Shown here: in pieces, positions 63,619-64,000 of the stretch | Layout: every line of letters begins with the position of its first letter | Numbering within the stretch: position 1 is the stretch's first letter | Assembly (NCBI RefSeq): GCF_009914755.1 | Contig: NC_060943.1 | DNA length: 64,000 nucleotides | Origin: the human T2T-CHM13v2.0 reference genome, Homo sapiens | Direction: 5' to 3' (one strand) | The notes under the pieces: generated by a model | The model's input: the letters and a program-made list of their open reading frames with translations, nothing else | The model's database searches: none | Told to the model about the DNA's origin: nothing | Made by a program: the position numbers and the translations under genes

Positions 63619-64000
63619 TATTAGTTTCTTGATTAGTTCCATCAACATTTCCTAATGATCTGCATGGTGCCAGGGATTGGGCTAGGCCTAGGGTCTGGTG
63701 ATGAACCATGTTTGGGGTCTGCCCTCTGAGAAGTTTCGAGTCTTGGTTAGAAAGGAAGCTCCCACAAGCAAAGTCTTAGATGGCATCCCCGAAACAGCAA
63801 CTGTAGCCAAGGTAGTTCCACAGATCTGGACCCTCAGAGCTAGAAGAGGACCAGAAAAGCTGGCATGGATACAACCATATCTCAAACACTCACCCAGATG
63901 AAAAAATTTGTCTTCGGTCACCAATGCAGTTTCATACTTACCCTCCTATACCTTTAGGGGCCAGACCCCAAGTCTCCATCTGCTAGCTGATCATCCCAAG

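Overview
Primate (human-like) non-coding genomic DNA; I found no host protein-coding exon, RNA gene or CRISPR array, and I cannot identify the locus. 1-22 kb is mostly unique sequence with AT/TAAT-rich islands resembling conserved developmental enhancers, scattered MaLR/ERV1 solo LTRs, Alus, MER20, L2/MIR fragments, two long simple-repeat tracts and a perfect 3x56-bp minisatellite. 22.5-47 kb is almost all nested transposons: old L1M pieces containing MLT2/MST LTRs, a full-length but inactivated L1PA (31111-37215, minus) and, 11 bp beyond its TSD, a twin-primed 5'-inverted L1PA (37254-40230). 45-64 kb is Alu-dense. Most ORFs in the track are repeat artefacts. Best leads: (1) a 202-bp, ~92% identical direct duplication (19649-19850 / 20811-21012) carrying a minus-strand acceptor-113 nt-CAG|GTAAGT exon unit and bracketing an enhancer-like island; (2) a still-readable RTE-X-type LINE ORF2 C-terminus at ~700-1210; (3) non-consensus substitutions shared by the two adjacent L1PAs, suggesting local gene conversion. 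Repeat subfamily names come from recalled consensus sequences and need RepeatMasker/Dfam confirmation. I cannot support a claim of a novel gene system.
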